Positions 14,527 through 15,147 of a stretch of 15,147 nt of DNA are shown piece by piece (the first letter of the stretch is position 1; every line of letters starts with the position of its first letter). This stretch comes from Candidatus Zixiibacteriota bacterium (GTDB lineage Bacteria > Zixibacteria > MSB-5A5 > GN15 > FEB-12), in contig JBGSIV010000172.1 in NCBI GenBank assembly GCA_041742355.1, positions 1 to 15,147 of the forward strand, written 5' to 3'. The position numbers and the translations under genes are program-made. The notes under the pieces are model-generated. The model was not told where the DNA came from and did no database searches. It saw only the letters and a list, made by a program, of their open reading frames with translations.

Positions 14527-15147
14527 ATGGCGAAGATACGCAAACCGAAACTGGCGGTATGGAAGTTTGCCTCGTGCGACGGGTGCCAGTTGAGTCTCCT
14601 CGACTGCGAGGACGAGCTGCTGGCGGTAACCGACGCGGTGGAGATCGCGAACTTCCCGGAAGCCTCGCGGGCGATCGTGGCGGGGCCGTACGACCTTTCG
14701 CTGGTGGAGGGTTCAATCACGACGCCGCACGATGCCGAGCGGATTCACAAGGTGCGCCGGGCGTCTAAGTACCTGATGACGATCGGGGCGTGCGCGACGG
14801 CCGGCGGGATCCAGGCGCTGCGGAATTTCGGCGATGTCAAGCAGTACGTCAACACCGTTTACGCCCACCCGGAGTACATTGAGACGCTGGGGAAATCGAC
14901 GCCGATCGCGGACCACGTGTTCGTGGATTTCGAGCTGCGCGGGTGCCCGATCAACAAGTACCAGCTGCTCGAGGTGGTGAACGCGCTCCTGGCGGGGCGC
15001 AAGCCGAATGTCCCGCCCTACTCGGTCTGCATGGAGTGCAAACGCCGCGGCAACGTGTGCGTGATGGTGGCCGACGGCACGCCGTGCCTCGGGCCGGTGA
15101 CGCAGGCTGGGTGCAATGCGCTCTGTCCGGCGTACAGCCGCGGCTGC
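14527..15147 (+). CDS. hydD: Group 3b hydrogenase delta (small) subunit, 3'-truncated by the window end
   Basis: Absent from the ORF track (no stop in window). Hand translation: [32 protein letters not shown]...VEGSITT...[14 protein letters not shown]...LRGCPINK...[12 protein letters not shown]...[21 protein letters not shown]. Starts 1 nt after the gamma stop. Confidence 0.93.
   Translation, partial: MAKIRKPKLAVWKFASCDGCQLSLLDCEDELLAVTDAVEIANFPEASRAIVAGPYDLSLVEGSITTPHDAERIHKVRRASKYLMTIGACATAGGIQALRNFGDVKQYVNTVYAHPEYIETLGKSTPIADHVFVDFELRGCPINKYQLLEVVNALLAGRKPNVPPYSVCMECKRRGNVCVMVADGTPCLGPVTQAGCNALCPAYSRGC

Overview
GC-rich bacterial chromosomal window. The cohesin/Ig/dockerin protein style suggests candidate division Zixibacteria or a relative (inference only). 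Left to right: a dense cluster of REP-like palindromes (1-360); on the minus strand a secreted OmpA-domain protein, phhB, a long-form phhA and an acetoacetate--CoA ligase (Phe/Tyr catabolism); then on the plus strand an 813-aa secreted cohesin-Ig-dockerin protein, a DUF885 protein, a small TPR protein, and the start of a group 3b [NiFe]-hydrogenase operon (beta, stand-alone cNMP-binding protein, gamma, delta truncated by the window end). The most striking observation is an in-frame ~130-nt block of three palindromes (GTAG- and CGTC-tagged) inside the ligase gene. One of them is a diverged sibling, with a compensatory stem change, of an element in the intergenic cluster 5.2 kb away. Also notable: paired CRP/Rex-type operators upstream of the hydrogenase and a non-cellulosomal protein carrying both cohesin-like and dockerin modules. 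No rRNA, tRNA, CRISPR array or transposase was seen. All calls come from motif recognition by eye; no searches were run.
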